Source: Eledone cirrhosa (taxonomy: Eukaryota). From it: a stretch of DNA of 64,000 nt. The notes beneath the pieces are model-generated. The model was not told where the DNA came from. It saw only the letters and a list, made by a program, of their open reading frames with translations, and did no database searches. Both the position numbers and the translations under genes were made by a program. The DNA is taken from positions 202,740,001 through 202,804,000 of the forward strand of contig OZ024742.1 of NCBI GenBank assembly GCA_964016885.1, read 5' to 3'. Positions 1 through 15,527 of this stretch are shown in pieces; within the stretch, counting starts at the first letter, position 1; each line of letters opens with the position of its first letter.

Positions 1-3000
1 CTTATTCGATATGTGTATTTCCACATTTTCCCGAATATTTTTTGCGGATATAGAGGTTATCTCCCTTGCTGAATTACATGTGCGTTTCTTCAGCCTGGGT
101 TATGCCTTTTCATTCGTTCGGACAAAGGCTCGTTGAGGAAGTAAATTTCCCGTCCGCTGGCTTCTAGAAGTCTTATATATTTTTATGTGAGCTGATAGAG
201 GGCAGTTTAAGGATTATTGAAACCCAAGAAGCTAGATTTACCATCTTTCTAGCGGGTCCGGGTATGCTTTTTACATTCATTTGATTTATTGATTTATTGA
301 TATTTTTTCTGAATGTCCCGAATCTTCCAGATCGCAATTTTTCGGTCGTACGGTTGATTATAGACTTGTTCTATGTGTGACGGTATTTTAACGATAGTTA
401 TAGCTCTGATTTATCTGAATTATTGAGCCCTCTGCCGCTCATTTCGAATTTTGTTTATCGTGAACTCGTGCGCCGATTTTTCGATACTCGATTATTCTAC
501 TATATATATTTATATATATATGATCGGATATTTCCAAAAAGCGAATGAAACCTCAGGGTGTAGAAACATGTTTTTGGTATGTTTATATACATTTTTTCTT
601 CTAACTTTGATTTTGTACCTAGTTGTGTATGGTTAACTATATGTCTAGTCAATTTCTACGGGCTATTAGAAATACTGGGTAAATCTTCTGTGGCTGTGGA
701 TCGCATCGCGGATAAAATAGCTATCATTTATTTATCTAATGTTTCTTCATAGGTACATTTTAAACTTATAGCCTCGTTTAATTGATATTTTGTGCGGTTA
801 ATTATGCTGATTGGCAGAATGAATACTGTATATATTTTATCAAATGATTCTATGGACTTACTTTCTTATATATTGCTCTGATTGTTGATTATTTAATTAA
901 TTAATTCGTCATTAAGCCACACCGTGAATGGTTGCCAAAAACATATATATATAGCTCTGTCTAGTTTATGTATATGTAAACCTCTATATTTTATATATAT
1001 ATATATAGTTAAAACTTAGACGGGAACAAAAACAGAGGGGCAGTACAAATAAGAGTTTATTAGGTTCACGCTTTTGAGAGTGGGGGGGGGGTATACTGAA
1101 GTCGGTATTTGGTGTACTTCTACTGAAAATAAAACATTTGATTATCAGCAAGTGGATATTTACTACATGTGTTTTCTGCAGGAAATGGTATCTTTGACTT
1201 GCATGTTTCAGCTAATGCCTCGTATAAAGTGTTTGTACTTGTGCACGATGCGTGAGTTTATGTATATATTTTCTCGCCTTTCATTCCAAATTTTTTCTCG
1301 AAATCTTCATTAGCAAGTTAAACAAAACAAAACGCTTTAAGGGTTTTAATATTCGGGGGAAGGGGAAAATTAAAATCTTTTTTTTTTATTTTTCACATAT
1401 AGGAAACTCAGCTCTATGAAAATAATCCTTTCTTGTTTGTTCATTTATTTTTGTTTTTATTTCAATTTAAATACCAAGTTGTTGTTGATATTAAACTTCT
1501 ATTTGTTTAACCAATTTCATCATAACGCAATAGTTGTCAATACCAATGGATTGCTATTGTAAAAACTGGAAATGCATGCATATATTAAACCCAAAATATG
1601 TCCTTGTTTATATTAATATGTCTATGAACGTACACACACACACACACATATATATATATATGTGTGTGTATTTATATATATATACATCCTCTGCATATAT
1701 ATATATACACATATGTATACATACATATATATATATACACGTGCCTGTGTGTGTGCATAAATGATACTGGTATATACTTATCCTGATTACAATCAATGGG
1801 ATTTGGCTATGCTATAGCATTGCCTTCTGGCGTTTTTAATCTATCATATTGAAATCAGTACTTATTTTATCGATGTATATTTTAACATTGCTGAGTCAAA
1901 CACCTATGTACATACACATATACACTTGCATACAAAACACACATATTAATACACAGCTGTAAATATATAAAAGGAATGAGTTGATACACAAACATAGTTT
2001 ATTAAGGTTGTTTAATTATTTGAGGTTCCTGTAGCCCACAGGGAAATCTCCAGAGAAACAGGCTATTTGATGAGTTTTATTAAATTATTAATCCTATAAG
2101 ACTTTCTAACATAGCTACAATCTCTCTTGGTGACATGCCCAAACCAGTTTAACCTCCTTTTTATTAAATTATGTCTTATTTCAGTCCAATCTTTCTTCGG
2201 ATATCATCCATTTTAACTCTATCTCTAAACCTCTTGTTTTCCTTGCTCCCCATGCAGTTGCTTTCAATTAGTCAATACGTTTGTGCACGTCTTTTTTTCT
2301 ATCACAATTCAGACTTCAAGGGTAGGTTGTTATGAAGAAGATAAGAGCGTAATAAAGCCTGGTTTTAATGTTACAAAGGATATATTTTATGCTCCTTATT
2401 TTGATCCATTAATCTTCCAAAACCTGCTGAGGCAGATGCAGTTCTTCACTTCACATCATCAGATGTTGATGATACAATAGATACCCACGAAGCAACTCTT
2501 TCGTCAGCATTCTTTATTTCCCATCTACGTATCCGAATTGCATCATCTTCATCCGTCATTACTTTACACTTCGTTCAGTTAACTCTCAATCTCCATTTTT
2601 TACAGTCATTTTCTATATATATATATAGGTGTCAGGAAAGCAGTATTTTTCACCCACATTATTCAACATATTCTTGAAATTTGTCACGGATGGTCTTGCT
2701 AGTTTACTATTAAACCTGTGTGTTGGCGAAAGTCTTTCCACATATATGGTATACGTAGATAACATAATACCCATTTGGAAAACTGAAAATATCTATCAAA
2801 GACCTAGAACATGACTGTAAAAAATGGAGATTGAAGGTTAACTGAACGAAGTGTAAAGTAATGACGGATGAAGATGATGCAATTCTGATACGTATATATA
2901 TATATATATATGTGTGTACTAGCAGAAAAACAACCCTTCGGGTGGTTTTCTGCTAGCATGTGTAGTGTGTATATTGATATTATACGCAAGTATATATACA

Positions 3001-3498
3001 TGTAGATATGATACATCAAATAAAATCGTAATTGACTATACAAACAGAAATTGAACGAATACACTGTCTTATGTAATCAGTAACGTAATCCAACTTTGAA
3101 AAGAAGTCAATTTTAAATTAAATATTTTTATGAAACTATTTTTGTTTACGAAATTTAGTAGATAAATTATGTAATATTCATTCATTATTTATTCAAAGTA
3201 ATCCAACTTATTTTACTAACGGTATAAAAAAAAATAAACCGTACGCAGTCCCGCAGACCTTCCTTTATATATATATAGAGAGAGAGAGAAAGAGTTACGG
3301 ACCTTTACGGTCTGAGTTCAAATCCCATCAAGGTTAACTTTGCCTTTCATCCGTATGGGGTCGATAAAATAAAGTACCAGTAATGCACTGTGATAATTGC
3401 TGGCCTTTTGCCAAAAGTAGAAACAATTATTATTAATGTTCGATATAACCAATACGTACATATGTATATATTATATACGTGTGTATATGTATATATAA

Positions 3499-3542
<44 letters not shown>

Positions 3543-3562
3543 GTGTGTATATGTATATATAA

Positions 3563-3615
<53 letters not shown>

Positions 3616-3650
3616 TATATACATACATATATATATATATATATACATAT

Positions 3651-3722
<72 letters not shown>

Positions 3723-3950
3723 TGAAGTGTGGCTGAGTGGTTAGAGTATTGGATTCACAATCGTGAGGTTGTGAGTTCGATTCCTGAACCAGGCGATGCG
3801 TTATGTCCTTGAGCAAGACACTTTATTTCACGTTGCTCCTTCTACCTGGAGTTGCGACCGATAGATAGTATTAGCAATTGGAAAGACCAACGGAAACATA
3901 GTTTCCTCGGTCCGATTTGACGAAAGTCGATCGACTAGAAAAAAAAAAAA

Positions 3951-4068
<118 letters not shown>

Positions 4069-4238
4069 AATATATATATATATACATACATATATATATA
4101 TATATACATACATATATATATATATACATACACACATATATATATATATATAATCAGTTTAATCACCTCATTTACATAGACGAGAAAACCATATGTTCTC
4201 GCTGTTTTCACAGTCCAACATTTGCAAGAGTGGGAGGG

Positions 4239-4284
4239 ATCGTGCTGATGAGAACCAGTTCAATTCGGGATGTGCATCCACGAT
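4239..4284 (+). ncRNA. Hammerhead ribozyme relic (GAAA changed to GGGA)
   Basis: atcgtg-CTGATGA-gaa...ttc-GGGA-tgtgca-TC-cacgat; perfect 6-bp stem I. Confidence 0.6.
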
Positions 4285-4434
4285 TGTCCCCCTTGCTTCT
4301 GCTGGACACCGCCAGACGGCGTTAGTCGGTGGTGTTTTGCCATAGTTACGGCTCTCTAAATGTTTATTTTAAGCATACCGTATTTCTTCTAAAAAACGAA
4401 TTTCCAATACAACTATGCCTAAAGCTAAATTGTA

Positions 4435-4481
<47 letters not shown>

Positions 4482-4550
4482 TATATATATATATATATAT
4501 ATACATTATATATATATATATATATACATTATATATATATATATATATAC

Positions 4551-4600
<50 letters not shown>

Positions 4601-4676
4601 TTATATATATATATATACATTTTATATATATATATATATATACATTATATATATATACATTATATATATATACAAA

Positions 4677-4868
4677 GGGCGATGGATTGGCAGTATTGGT
4701 AGAGGGTCGGACGCCATGCTTTGACGCATAGAGTTACGGCCCTTGTCATTCTGAGTTCAAATCCCGCCGAGGTTAACTTTGCCTTTCATCCTTACCGGGT
4801 CGATAAAATAAAGTACCAGTAATACACTGGGTTATTGCTGGTCTTGTGCCAAAAGTAGAAACAATTAT
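4677..4868 (+). mobile_element. tRNA-derived SINE with Nin-domain-like core (dominant family)
   Basis: A/B boxes (TGGCAGTATTGG, GAGTTCAAATCC) and core GCCTTTCATCC..GGTCGATAAAATAAAGTACCAG. Copies at 3291-3430+, 7493-7678+, 16234-16427-, 16437-16560-, 18512-18698-, 22526-22717+, 29980-30150-, 42490-42682-. Confidence 0.9.
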
Positions 4869-4972
4869 ATATATATTATGTATATATATATATATACATT
4901 ATATCTATATATATATATATACATTATATATATATATATATATACATTATATATATATATATATACATTATA

Positions 4973-7279
4973 GTAATAATAATAAAATTGAAGACTAAAA
5001 TCCAAAGAGGGTTCGATAAGGATAAATATATATCAAATATATAAGAACCGTAGAGCAAATATTTATTACAATAACAGATTAAAGTTTAAGCAAAGAATCG
5101 CTGCTTTCACCCTGAAACTAACAAAGTCAATCTGTAAACGCAGAACTGGATATTTCAAAAAACGTTGCAACCGGAGGAAGACAGGAAGACGATACTTTGG
5201 TTTGTGGAAACGTTCGCTGGCAAAGAACGGGAAAAAACGAGTAAAACATCATTAATAGGAGCGGTGAAAGACAATTACGCGCAAAGACAGAACCACGTTT
5301 ATGGTATAAAAGAGGTCGTAGACTAATGTTCTCTTAGGTGTTGCATAGAGACGTTGTCTGGCAATGAACGAAAAAACGAAGATAATAAGTAATATGTGGA
5401 GCGTGGAGAACAATAGCACGCAAAGACAAAACCACATAAATGGTATAGCAGAAGTCGTAGACTAAAATTCTAACTAGGAGACCAAATGAATCTCCGCTAC
5501 AGGGTTAAAAACAAAGTAAATAAATACAATACAGAAGTAATAGAAATAAATAAATACATACACGCAAACAAATACGTACATACACAAGCATACGCAAAAC
5601 CTTACCATAGGTATACAAAACCACGCACATATAAATATGTGTGTGTGTGTATGCTTGTGTACAAATAAATAAATAATTATATAAACGTATATAAGTAAAT
5701 AAATACGTATATAACAAGCGCACACACATACCTACATATAAATACACGAATGTTCGGAGACATAGTAAAACTTTTAATAGAAATACTATTAAAATTTCTT
5801 ACTCTACGACTCCTAACCTTGCACATAACATCACAGCTTCAAATTTAGCTAAACTACCTAGCCGTAGGAACACGTGCAACCCTTTAGTTAGTACTAACTG
5901 TAATTGTAGGAATCGGGCTGATTGCCCCCTATCCGGGAAATGCCTCTCTAGTAACATTGTCTACAAATGTAAGGCTGTAACACCCACGTCTCGTAGGGCC
6001 TACATAGGGTTAACCGCCAATAGTTTCAAGCAGCGTCTTTACATGCATACCCATTCTTTTCGTGACCCTCTAAGAAGGAATATGCCGTCACTTTCAGCTT
6101 ATATCTGGAGTCTAAAAGACAACCACACCCAATATAAGTTACACTGGGAGATCCTGGCTAGGGCTAGATCATATAACGGAAATAAAAGACCATGTGACCT
6201 CTGCGCCGCTGAGACCCTGGAAATACTCTACGCCACAGACCACATCTTAAACAAAAAATCTGAGGCAATTTCGGCTTGTAAACATAAATTGCACAAAACT
6301 TTCCTGTATTACAGCCCCACGTTATACCCTAACGGATAGTACGATCTATACGTGGATATTTTACGTCTTGATGTGGGAGCTAAGTATATGTTTTGTTTAT
6401 TCCTTTACTTATTTGCATAGGTAAGTATATATTACCCGTATGTTTTGTGAAGGTATGTATACCTTCTCGTACGTATATTTGATTGTTATGGCGTATAATT
6501 TTTATATATTCTGGTATTTAGGGTTTGGCTATGTGTATACGGGAGTTTTGCGTCTGCGTGAGTATGCAGGTTCGTACGTATGGTGGGTGTGTGTATATGT
6601 GTACTTCTTGTTTTAGTTGACTTACGTCTCCGAACATTCGTGTATTTATATGTAGGTATGTGTGTGCGCTTGTTATATACGTTTATATAATTATTTATTT
6701 ATTTGTACACAAGCATACACACACACACATATTTATATGCGCGTGGTTTTGTATACCTATGGTAAGGTTTTGCGTATGCTTGTGTATGTACGTATTTGTT
6801 TGCGTGTATGTATTTATTTATTTCTATTACTTCTGTATTGTATTTATTTACTTTGTTCTTAACCCTGTAGCGGAGATTCATTTGGTCTCCTAGTTAGAAT
6901 TTTAGTCTACGACTTCTGCTATACCATTTACGTGGTTTTGTCTTTGCGTGCTATTGTTCTCCACGCTCCACATATGACTTATTATCTTCGTTTTTTCGTT
7001 CATTGCCAGACAACGTCTCTATGCAACACCTAAGAGAACATTAGTCTACGACCTCTTTTATACCATAAACGTGGTTCTGTCTTTGTGGGTAATTGTCTTT
7101 CACCGCTCCTATTAATGACGTTTTACTCGTTTTTTCCCGTTCTTTGCCAGCGAACTTTTCCACGAACCAAAGTATCGTCTTCCTGTCTTCCTCCGGTTGC
7201 AACGTTTTTTGAAATATCCACTTCTGCGTTTACAGATTGACTTTGTTAGTTTCAGAAGATCCCGTTAAGGGTGAAAGCA
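4973..7279 (+). mobile_element. 5'-truncated Penelope-like retroelement with inverted pLTR arms
   Basis: Arms ~5102-5761 and 6626-7279 are near-identical inverted copies. Between them is a GIY-YIG C-terminus: CNCRNRADCPLSGKC..IVY..AYIGLTANSFKQR..H..LSAYIWSLK..CDLCAAE..LNKKSE (to 6339). Confidence 0.9.
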
Positions 7280-8224
7280 TATATATATATATATGAGTGT
7301 ATGTGTATGTGTTTGTATTTAGATGTGTGAGTGTGACTCTGGGTCTAATTTATAATAACAAACACAACACCCTCAAGATTGTCAGTGTTGCTACATCAGC
7401 TATCTACTAATGTATCTATCTTTCTACCTGGTTACATGACTATCTCTCTGTCTGCTGACCTCTCAATCTGTCTATTGTTATCTGTTCATGTAGGGCAGTA
7501 TTTGGCAGTATTTGTAGAGGGTCGGACATGCTTTCCAGCGTAGTTACGTCCCTTTACGATCTGAGTTCAAATCCCGCTGAGGTTAACTTTGCCTTTCATC
7601 CTTACAGGGTCGATAAAATAAAGTACCAGTAATACATGGGTTAATTGCTGGCCTTGTGCCAAAAGTAGAAACAGTTATCTGTTTATGTATATTTCCTAAC
7701 GTATCTATATTCGGACAAAATCAACAATAACAAAACAAATCTGTACAAAAATATATATCTAAGTAGAATGAAGTCATCGTAATTTTTGTGAATATGTTTG
7801 ATAAAGATTAAATAACATATACTACTGGTCCTTGGTGAAGTGTTTATCTATATATTTTCCAAGCTACGTTAGTTATAACAGTGTTATTCTGCTCACAAGT
7901 ATTATTTTCATCATTGTGTCCCGGTGTACACACAATCATATGAAACACACACCCACACACGCAAGCACACACATTTTCTCTATTGATACATATACACATT
8001 ACATTTATATATACACGACATGCAAAGATATACTAATTTTAAATGCATTGTTATATAAATATACATACGCACACAAATTTATAAATATATAAAGACGTTA
8101 ACATATTTTTTTCTGAATCGAGACACAGACACAAACTTTCTATAATACGGATATACGAAAATGTATTATCATTGCTCATGAGTAATCGGAAACTTCCAAG
8201 CCTCAGACGGATTTTATTTCACCC

Positions 8225-8960
8225 TGCCCTCGACTTCACCCCATAATGCCCCATTCACATCAAACACTCCATCCTCTACTCACAATTCCTCTGCTTCTGT
8301 CGCCTGTGCAGTTGAAACTATGATTTTGAAACGCAGGCTCATTACATAGTTAGACTGTTCCCTCGGTGAGATTAATCCAAATGTCCACTATTCCCAGATC
8401 AAAGTTGCCATCACCCGTGCCTATGAAATCGGCCGCAACACCACCCTCACCCCTACAAACCGACTCCCATTCCCCCTTACCTACCAACCTCCACTTTACC
8501 TCTAGAGAGGACAATCCTCCGTCACTTCCAGCGTCTCCACTCGGATCCCTCAACCTCATCCATTTCCCCCTCACAGCCCTCTCCTCTTTCAAGTACGCAC
8601 GAAACCTCAAGAATCTCTTCGTCCGCAGTTCCCTTTCTCACCCAACTCCTTCACTGGATCCCACTCTGACTCCTACCCCACTGCTACACATGCAGCTTCA
8701 TCACCACAACATGCACTGGTCCCAACGGCCTGGTCTTTCGGTGAACGCTAAGCGAAGCCGTCTACATTGGACAAACCGATCGTCGATTAGCAGGCTGGTT
8801 CGCCGAGCATCTCCAGGACATCCGGCTAGGCAGCCAGTCGAACGAGATTTCCGCTGTGCTAGACACTCTATCCACCACATCGATTTATCCGCATCTCCGA
8901 ACTCACACCTCAGAAGAGAATAGCATCTCATCTTTTTTTCCCCGAACGTTTACTGGATAC
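8225..8960 (+). mobile_element. Penelope-like (Neptune-type) thumb + GIY-YIG remnant
   Basis: Frameshifted HIKHSILYSQFLCFCRLCS, ARNLKNLFVRSSL and VYIGQTDRRLAGWFAEHL. Confidence 0.8.
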
Positions 8961-10139
8961 ATGCCACTTCTTTTAGCCTGTTCATTCCCAACACTCCACC
9001 CCATCCACTCTCACACAATCACACGTGCACTACCTTTCAGCAACACACCCACTTACATAGATACGAAAATAACACACAAACACCAACACAACTAATTAGT
9101 TAAACGAACACAACCATAGATGCACATTTAATTTCATTAACGTTACTAATTAAATAATTAATTATACTAACAAGCCACTCTCCCACCAACACACACACTC
9201 TACCCCCAGCAATACACCCACCCATACGTGGACATAGACACACCAACACGACCACAAATATGTATATTAACATTACTAATTAACTGATTAATTATACTAA
9301 CACACCCAATTATACTCCATGGCCAACTTAAACATTATCACTACTCTCCTATACTATCAGCATACACACATTACCACCATGACCAGTAATAGGCACAAAC
9401 GCTAGCCCTCGGTGACCCATGCAAATACCCTACCGCAGTCTGCTTCACCACATGTTCACCTACACTACTACCGTTTCCTTCATTAACAAGCGTAAACCTA
9501 ATGAGACTTTGTTTTTGCATCTGTTTGTCTCTTTCATTGTTGAATATATATATATAATGTGTGTATAAATATCTTGTGCAAAGACTTAATATTAGGCGCT
9601 TCAACTCTATACTGCTGCAATGGCCGTCACCCATCTGGATCTAGTTTGAAGTTAAAAACAAAAAAGAGAAAAATAACTACCCTGTCTGTTCTGTGTCCTT
9701 GTATTCCAGGAAAATACACGGAGACATTCCACTTCATGGCAAAGGGTGAGAGGAATGTACTTGAATGAAATATTAAACATGGCACCCACTTACTCAACGA
9801 CAGTTGTTTCATATGTGCTCCAGATGGTTGTCACTGATGTTGCTGTGACAATTGTTTCTGCTGTGGCCTGGTTGAAGCGAAGCTTAGACAGCCCATGTGG
9901 TTGCTAAGTGGTAAGAGATTACCAAACGAACCAGACTTTTGCTGCAACTTTCCTTCCAATGGGACAATGACATTTTGCACTTTTTCAGGATCTCTTTATG
10001 ATCGTCAGTAAATCATTTTCTGCTGTTCTTGCAATGTTACTCCCCTCAAACACTCATATATATGTTATGTCATGTTCCTACAGCTGGAGCCAGTCGCTGG
10101 TGTGGCGCTCTTGCAACAGTTGTCACTATTGATCTCTAT

Positions 10140-11460
10140 TCTTCACCAGACAACATGAAGGAGAAGGGACTCCTGAAACGTCGCCAGAGCAGCCGCAACC
10201 CTGCACAAAACCTGACTGACCTAGATTTCACAGATCTTGCCCTGATTTCTCAATCTATAAAGGACGCAGAATCCTGCTTCAATTTCTTGAGTAAGCAGCA
10301 AATCAAGTCGGTCTCTATTGTAATAAGAGTAAGATAGAATATATCACAACCTTCCCTGAACCATCTGATTTGAAATCACTCAATAATACATCCATCAAAA
10401 GGGTCTAGAACTTTAAATACCTTGGCTTTCCTGTCATATACTCCCAAAAAGATTTCAACATCTGTAAAGATCTGGCATGGGATGCGTGCAACAGGCTTGA
10501 CAAGACTTGGCGCTCAAATTTATCTTCCTCCATAAAAAGTCCAAACTTTTTGAACATTTATTGAACCTGTATATGGATCAGAAACATGGACCTTATTGTT
10601 CGTCTTGAACTGCTCAGAAGAATCAAAAATATAAGCTGGAGATCACACACACCATCTACGTATATTTGATTCCAATATCCCTCAGACTCAAGCAAAAAAG
10701 ACTACAATTTGCTGGTCACTGTCATCGAGCCGACAAAGAAATCATTTCATCTCTTCTGTGGCATCCCTCTGGATCTCTGTTCACGGAAACTGTCCTTCCC
10801 TGACGCCATGGCTCGGACTCAGGGTTGGACATAAGGGATCTGGGAATAGCTTTGCAGGACCGAACAGTGTAGAAAAGGATTATCAAGAGAGTACCGACTG
10901 ACCACAGAGGAGTCGAAGGATGATGATGATGATTCTTCGTCATGTGTAGAAGGGCCTAACTGTTGTGACCAGTCCAGTCTTTTATGTTATCAGACCAGAG
11001 TTTTCTTTGCTCTTCCTCGATTGCGCCTTGAAGGATAGGTTTGGACGAGGAGTTGTGGCAGGATATACGATCATACTAGGCAAGCTTCGTTCTTTGCCTA
11101 TCACAAGGAGTGGCTCCTGTCTGAGGGCATATTTGTTAACTTGCTGCCGAACAAAGTTGTTTGTTTAGTGCCCTGTATCTGGGATGTGTAGCATCCTTCT
11201 GAAGCACATGTACACAAATGACTGGATTCTTCGTTCCATGTCAGCAATAAGATTCCAACTCTCACTCCCATACACAAAACGATCGACATCACCAAGGACT
11301 TGTACAGTTTGAGTTTCGATAGAAAAACTGATGAAGTTGCTTCTTATTAAAACATTCAGCTTTTCGATGGCAGAATTGGCCAGGGCAAATCTAGTCATTA
11401 ATTCCTTTTGAGATCTGCCATCTTTGTTTCAGATTAGATTCTAGGTACTTGAAGGTGTCC
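10140..11460. mobile_element. Two tail-to-tail degenerate RTE-like LINE 3' fragments
   Basis: + copy: LTDLDF, FKYLG, YGSETW, (TGA)n at ~10920. - copy: YGSESW..MCFRRMLHI. Confidence 0.7.
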
Positions 11461-11871
11461 AAAAAACTTTTCAGTCACACCCTAGAAACTGCTTCTGCTG
11501 CCAGGCTAAATGCAGAGGAAAACTTGAAGCTTGGCGAGGATGTGGGCACTGCCAAGCATGGTCCACTAAAATGTCATAAACTCACATATATACATGCACA
11601 CAAAGATAGACTGGCATGCATGTACAGTGATAAACATACACATAGATATTATAGTAAAGTATTCAAATGCATAAAAGAGTAAACTTAGTAAAACATTAAA
11701 CAGATGAAAACCATATTTTTGTTAAGTGTTTATTAGAGTATGTACGTGTGTGAGTAAATATGTATATATATACAATATATATATATATATATGTATATAC
11801 ACAATATATATATGTGTATGTATGTATTATATATATATATGTATATACACAATATATATATGTGTATGTAT

Positions 11872-11918
<47 letters not shown>

Positions 11919-11956
11919 GTATATACACAATATATATATGTGTATGTATGTATTAT

Positions 11957-12007
<51 letters not shown>

Positions 12008-12346
12008 TATATACATACATATATATATATATTTTTACATATTTATGCTTATATATATCTATCCTTGTTAATATATATGTATATGTAAATATACACATAT
12101 ATATTCATATATACATATATATATATATGAATGTGTGTGTATGTGTGCGTGTATATAATATACATATATGTATAAATACACATGTTACATCATATTAAAA
12201 AACGATTTAAATATATGTATAATAAACATATTATACATATATACTATATAATACATGTATACATATATATAATATACATCTCATATAATATATACCTTAC
12301 ATATATGTATGTATATACATACATATAATAAATATATAAATATATG

Positions 12347-12379
<33 letters not shown>

Positions 12380-12945
12380 ATATATATTATATATATATAT
12401 ATATATTATATATATATATTATATATATGTATATTATATATATATATATTATATATATATATATTATATATATATATATATATATTTTATATATATATAT
12501 ATATTATATTATATATATATATATATATGCGTGTGTAAATATATGCATATATACATGTGTGTGTGCGTATAAAAGTTCATAAACATATATACTGCATATG
12601 AATATACATATACACACACACATACATACATTATAGTTCAACTTCAATTCTTTAAAGGTAGAACTCAAATGACACAAAACCAAAAACCAAAACAATGTAT
12701 AATGTACTTAGATGAAACTAATAGTTTAGGTCTCGTTCTTCTTTAATTCTTATTCTTGCTGTTGTTATTGTAGTTGTTGTTTTAGTCAAAGTATTTTTAT
12801 TGCGGTTGTATGTGTTCATTTTTAATTTTTTTATTGTTAGTATTGTTATTTCAGTTTCTTCAGCAAAAGTCCCATCAAACTTCATAGTTCTACACACAAT
12901 GTATTAAACACATTTTATACATAGTTATATGTGTATGTACATGTG

Positions 12946-12983
<38 letters not shown>

Positions 12984-13012
12984 CACACACACACAGTACA
13001 TATATACATTTG

Positions 13013-13057
<45 letters not shown>

Positions 13058-13187
13058 GACTACATATAGTTATATGTATATAAATATACACATATATATG
13101 TACATATATATATATATATATATAGACGTATATATATACACATATATATACACACACACACATAAACACAAAACATATATATACATT

Positions 13188-13224
<37 letters not shown>

Positions 13225-13825
13225 GTTTACTACATATATAAACATACATAAACATACCTATGCATATATATATATATATACATATCCATAGATATATACA
13301 TATATCCATATATATTCATATTTACAGACATATATGTACATATATATATATATATACACCGATATATCTATACATATATAGATACATTTATACTTTATAT
13401 ATATTACTTATAAATTGACAGATATATATATATGTGCATGTGTATACTTATATGCACATATTCAGTTTTCTGGTTATGGTGATATTGTCAATATGGTTAT
13501 GATTACAATTATTAATATTATTATTATTATAGTTAATATTATTATCATCATCATCTTCATATATTTTATTATAAATTGTTATATTCATCATTGTTATTGA
13601 AGGTTGTAAGAGCAGGGGTGGGAGATGGCAGGAAGAAACAGTTATGTGGTAGAAAATGTGTTAGGGTGTAGAAATGCCTGTACAGATTTAATTGTTTTAT
13701 ACACTTTTAATCTTACATTTTATGTATATAATTGAGTGGTTGGGTTATATATATATATCAACACAAAATATGCACAAATTTATATATATTTGCATACAAC
13801 TTAAAACTTTCATTGTATATGTGCG

Positions 13826-13882
<57 letters not shown>

Positions 13883-13927
13883 TATACATACAAGAATATA
13901 TAATCACATCTTTATGCTTAATATATG

Positions 13928-13980
<53 letters not shown>

Positions 13981-14541
13981 TATTTATACTTACATACAGA
14001 TTTTGTTTTGGCATTTCAAATTCAATCTATATATATATATAGAGATATATATATATATATTGTTATTAAATTCTACATCTCTCTGTAAATATTGTTGTAA
14101 TTTTTATTGGTTTTAGTCATTGTTTTAGTATGTTTTGTTATATATTGAAATGCGTTTATTTTTGTTCTTATTTTCTATCACCACCCACCCACCCCAACAT
14201 ACCCATTTCTGTTATTTTTCTTCATTCGTCATTTTCCTTTCTTTCTTCATTTTAGTTGCCTTTAATTATTGTAATCATTTCTTAACAATATCATTATCTG
14301 CAGTCATAGAATTATTGCATGCTGTTACTTCATTACTGAGCACAGATGTATGTGTCTAGGATATGTGTAGTGTATGTATGTTTCATATTGTTTATTCCAT
14401 TGTAATAAAACTATTCTTTGTAATATCTGTGCTCTACCTAGTAATGCTATTTTCTGATTATTTGTAAGACCTAGGTTTTCGGTTACCTATCTCCCTATCT
14501 CTTTTATCAAATTATTATTACTGTCAGTAATTGTGGTGTTA

Positions 14542-14594
<53 letters not shown>

Positions 14595-14690
14595 CAATCT
14601 TTCTTTATTTTCAGGTACACAAGTATATTTGTGTATTCATACATGTGTATTTATATATACAAATACATATATGTATGTACATAGGATATG

Positions 14691-14726
<36 letters not shown>

Positions 14727-15452
14727 GTATATATACACATATACATGTATGTATATATATGTATACACATACAAATACATGTGTGTATATTTATTAATAA
14801 TATATATATATATACATACATATATATCCATACATATATAGATACATATATATGTATATACAAACATATATACATATATACATACATATATGCATACTTA
14901 CATATATACATACATATATATATATATAAATATATACATATATATAAATGCATATATATATATATATATAAATACATATATATATATATCCAAATATATA
15001 TATAAATGTATGGTTAAATGTCTATATTATATACTTATATGTGTATATTTCTATGAAAGTAATGCACTCCACTATCAGTCATAGTCATAGCTATATTATA
15101 TATAGTTGCAATCACAATGACTTTGCCCGTTCTAAGTACAAATTTTCACTCAAAATCGTTAAATATGTAAATATGATAGAAGCGAAGAAAAAAGTCTCCG
15201 AATTCTTTCAACAACAACTAAAAAAAAATATTAAATAAAAAACATTTTTTCCTCGTCCTTTCTCTCTTTCTCTTAATAATAATGTGTTTTAAACTCCACT
15301 ATGTTTCTTGTGTGTGTGTGTGCATATAATATATATATATGTGTGTGTGTGTATATATATATATATAAAAATACATACTTATATATATAATGTGCATATG
15401 CATATATATATATATGCATATATATACATACATATATATATATATATATATA

Positions 15453-15527
<75 letters not shown>

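Noticed and set aside
3721-3800. tRNA genes in SINE heads
   Set aside because: The tRNA-like heads continue into SINE cores and lack complete cloverleaves.
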